43,228 nt of DNA from Octopus bimaculoides. Taxonomy: Eukaryota. The notes below the pieces were generated by a model. It was not told the origin of the DNA, did not search any database, and worked only from the letters and a program-made list of their open reading frames with translations. The stretch's first letter is position 1, and each line of letters begins with the position of its first letter. Shown one piece after another: positions 40,046 to 43,228 of the stretch. The position numbers and the translations under genes are program-made. The stretch is taken from positions 27,422,724 through 27,465,951 of the forward strand of contig NC_068997.1 in NCBI RefSeq assembly GCF_001194135.2. The letters are read 5' to 3'.

Positions 40046-40080
<35 letters not shown>
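40017..40080. repeat. (AAT)n microsatellite on the 5' side of the R4/Dong-like insertion
   Basis: Directly visible. Confidence 0.95.
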
Positions 40081-40081
<1 letters not shown>

Positions 40082-40360
40082 TATTTTAACTTGATACCTC
40101 CACTACCCGAACAGCGATCGTAAACACACGTGTTACATCAAAATTCAGACCATCTCCAAACCCAAACACCATGTACAAAAAATAGCTGACAAAGGGTTGG
40201 ACTATACCCAAGTAATTAATACTCATTGAAATTTATCTCTATTTTTCCAAATATAATGATGTATTTTAACTTGATACCTCCACTACCCGCACAGCGATCG
40301 TAAACACACGTGTTACATCAAAATTAGACCATCTTCGAACCCCAAAACACTATGTACAAA
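40081..40360 (+). repeat. ~100-bp imperfect direct repeat with 180-bp spacing
   Basis: gtattttaacttgatacctccactacccg(a/c)acagcgatcgtaaacacacgtgttacatcaaaatt...atgtacaaaaaa at 40081 and 40261. Confidence 0.9.
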
Positions 40361-40641
40361 AAAATTACAAGCAGATTAAATAACACCGGTATTATTCCAC
40401 CCAAGAATAACAACCGAGAAGTACGTACTGTAAGCTTGTTACGAAAAAAGTACGAAGATANNNNNNNNNNNNNNNNNNNNNNNNNNNNNNNNNNNNNNNN
40501 NNNNNNNNNNNNNNNNNNNNNNNNNNNNNNNNNNNNNNNNNNNNNNNNNNNNNNNNNNNNNNNNNNNNNNNNNCACAGCAGTGCTCTACCCAAAAAACGA
40601 AAACGCAACAACACATACATATAAAATATGGAAGAAAAATA

Positions 40642-40848
40642 ACAAATACATAACAAAAACACCAGGACTTACAAATATATATAACATACAGAAAATTGCA
40701 CTACTGGGTACTGCACACATTCTACGCAAAACACTTTCAATACAGTAAACATAAGAGCACCACAGCAAACCACAGCACATACCCAAGGCGCACAGAGCTG
40801 CGCTCGGTAGTGAAGTGGAAGCACGTTATAAAAATAAAACTACTGAAC

Positions 40849-40923
<75 letters not shown>

Positions 40924-40935
40924 TAATAATAATAA
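40642..40935 (+). mobile_element. 3' end of an R4/Dong-like non-LTR retrotransposon, copy 2, with long (AAT)n tail
   Basis: 40642-40848 matches 67-273 with 5 substitutions in 207 bp. It encodes KYITKTPGLTNIYNIQKIALLGTAHILRKTLSIQ*. (AAT)n runs 40849-40935. Confidence 0.8.
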
Positions 40936-41218
40936 CATCACACTACCTACCTACCTACCTACTTACAACATACATTTGTACATCCATCCATACATACATA
41001 CACACTGATTACAAGTTCAGGTTTATACCTGTAATTATCATGGTACTAGTAAATGTAACACACTGCCTAAGCACCAATCATGAGAAATTAGTCTTCTCAA
41101 AACCAGAAAAGAGAAATCTAATTAGATTACTGATTCAAGCCATCAATGAAACTGTAAAAATTAAAGAAGTAAAAAATAAAAAATAAAATAGATATTATTT
41201 TATTATAAAATAGACACA

Positions 41219-41617
41219 GGCGCAGGCGTGGCTGTGTGGTAAGTAGCTTGCTTCTTAACCACATAGTTCCGGGTTCAGTCCCACTGCGTGACACCTTGGG
41301 TAAGTGTCTTATACTGTAGCCTCGAGCCGACCAAAGCTTTGTGAGTGGATTTGGTTAGCGGAAATTTAAAGAGGCCCGTCTATGTTTGTCGGAAACTGAA
41401 AGAAGCCCGCCTGTGTTTGTTCGCCCACTATCGCATGACAACTGTTGTTGGTGTGTTTACGTCCCCATAACTTAAAGATCGATAGAATAAGTACTAGGCT
41501 TACAAAGAATAAGTGCTGGAGTCGATTTCTTCGACTTAAACACTTTAAGGTGGTGCTCCAGCATGGCTGCAGTGAAATGATTGAAACAAGTAAAAGAATA
41601 AAAGAATAAAAGAATAA
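41219..41617 (+). mobile_element. Near full-length H2-family tRNA-derived SINE with (ATAAAAGA)n tail
   Basis: A-box TGGCTGTGTGG, B-box GGTTCAGTCCC, caccttgggtaagtgtctt (CORE-like), an internal duplication of ggaaa...gcccg, gatcgatagaataagtactagg (Nin-like), and the tail gctccagcatggctgcagtgaaatgattgaaacaagtaaaagaataaaagaataaaaga. Confidence 0.88.
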
Positions 41618-42059
41618 TAGCTAGTTGACTAGTCCAGCTGAACGAATGCTGTGTAATGTACAATCCTTTTGACTTGCTATAATTTTACCAGATGACCATA
41701 TGTTTCAACGTAATGTGCCATCGTCAGTTGACCAGTCCAGTTATCAAAGGCTTAAATCAAATGATTATACATCCACGTGACTAAATGTCAGCGAACGCTG
41801 AGAAACAATCCCGTTCTATCTTTCGCATCAAAACAGGAATATTACAAAAGTTTTTTTCTTTCTTTTCTGTCTTGGCAATAATAACACCCGTAACAACAGC
41901 AACAAGATTGAATAAATAAATATAAATAAATAAATATCTATTGCAGTTAGTGATCTTGTTAACTCTATCTTGTTTGAAACTCTGGTACACATCTTGCAAT
42001 TCAATTCTCTTTACTGGATAGAATTCTCATTTGGCACTAAATTACGTCCATTCAAGTTA

Positions 42060-42098
<39 letters not shown>

Positions 42099-42661
42099 GA
42101 GAGAAGCAGACGTCATTAAGGAAATATAGCTTACGTGTTGTTTGGTGGTTTTTGTTTCTTTTATTGTTGTTTTCGTGGCTTCTCCTTCTTCTGTTCCTCC
42201 TCCTTCTTATCATCATCATCACCACCACCACCACCACCACCATCACCTCCACCTCNNNNNNNNNNNNNNNNNNNNNNNNNNNNNNNNNNNNNNNNNNNNN
42301 NNNNNNNNNNNNNNNNNNNNNNNNNNNNNNNNNNNNNNNNNNNNNNNNNNNNNNNNNNNNNNNNNNNNNNNNNNNNNNNNNNNNNNNNNNNNNNNNNNNN
42401 NNNNNNNNNNNNNNNNNNNNNNNNNNNNNNNNNNNNNNNNNNNNNNNNNNNNNNNNNNNNNNNNNNNNNNNNNNNNNNNNNNNNNNNNNNNNNNNNNNNN
42501 NNNNNNNNNNNNNNNNNNNNNNNNNNNNNNNNNNNNNNNNNNNNNNNNNNNNNNNNNNNNNNNNNNNNNNNNNNNNNNNNNNNNNNNNNNNNNNNNNNNN
42601 NNNNNNNNNNNNNNNNNNNNNNNNNNNNNNNNNNNNNNNNNNNNNNNNNNNNNNNNNNNNN

Positions 42662-42976
42662 TCTTCTTCTTCTTCTTCTTCTTCTTCTTCTTCTTCTTCT
42701 TCTTCTTCTTCTTCTGCTTTTTCCGGTTGCAACAACTTTCCAATCAAAATATAATTATACTAATTAGATTCTCACCTGATAATAATATTGGCAAAAAAGA
42801 AAGGAGAATACCGAAAAAGTAATAAAAACAAAAATCAATTCATTCTATCTCCTAGCAATCTTTCTTCCTCCTCCTGCACACTTTCTCTCCTTTCTCTAAA
42901 CGTTGTATGATGTTGTCGGTGTTGTTGCCGTTGTTAGTGACGGGGATGATCATGGCAAGTAGTAGTAGTAGTAGTA

Positions 42977-43009
<33 letters not shown>

Positions 43010-43058
43010 TGACGATGATGATGATGATGATGAGCAGGAGGAGGAGGAGGAGGAGGAG
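42662..43058. repeat. (CTT)n tract and compound (AGT)n(GAT)n(GAG)n tract
   Basis: Directly visible at 42662-42714 and ~42958-43058. Confidence 0.9.
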
Positions 43059-43228
43059 ACTAAGCACATCTGGGCTTCGTTCTTTAATCAAACACAACGT
43101 CGAAGAATGTCACACCGTTGCAGCATCACAAGAGAATATTATGACAAAGATCCCTCCCTTCTATCTCAATCTCCCCATCTCAGCCTCTGTCTTTACTTCT
43201 TTCTACCTCTCTCTTCTCCCACTCTTCT

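Noticed and set aside
40140-40460. FRPSPNPNTMYKK / MYKKITSRL resembling the RT motif YRPITCLNTMYK
   Set aside because: The spacing matches, but the conserved I(T/S)(C/L)L core and the upstream LLPK motif are absent. Not enough to call an RT fragment.

Overview
Repeat-dense animal genomic DNA from a draft short-read assembly. It has 14 N-gaps totalling about 5.6 kb (~13%), most of them abutting microsatellites. The SINE families and very high microsatellite load resemble an octopod cephalopod genome (inference from recalled repeat consensus sequences, not a database search). No host protein-coding gene, tRNA/rRNA gene or CRISPR array can be supported. Nearly all ORFs in the supplied track are translations of simple repeats or N-gaps. 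Supported content: (1) a decayed mariner DD34D transposon with one TIR (12708-13867); (2) a heavily decayed pogo/Tigger transposase on the minus strand that the ORF track misses (~33900-35300); (3) two ~98% identical 3' ends of an R4/Dong-like restriction-endonuclease-type non-LTR retrotransposon, both ending in (AAT)n, one flanked by (AAT)n on both sides; (4) about 14 copies or fragments of tRNA-derived SINEs that mix shared heads, central domains and tails; (5) a probable non-autonomous Helitron/Helentron-type element, a 22-bp minisatellite and many simple repeats. A few splice-site-bounded candidate exons are reported at low confidence. I did not find a clearly new biological system. The best leads are the microsatellite-associated R4/Dong-like family with its possible short derivative, and the modular SINEs.
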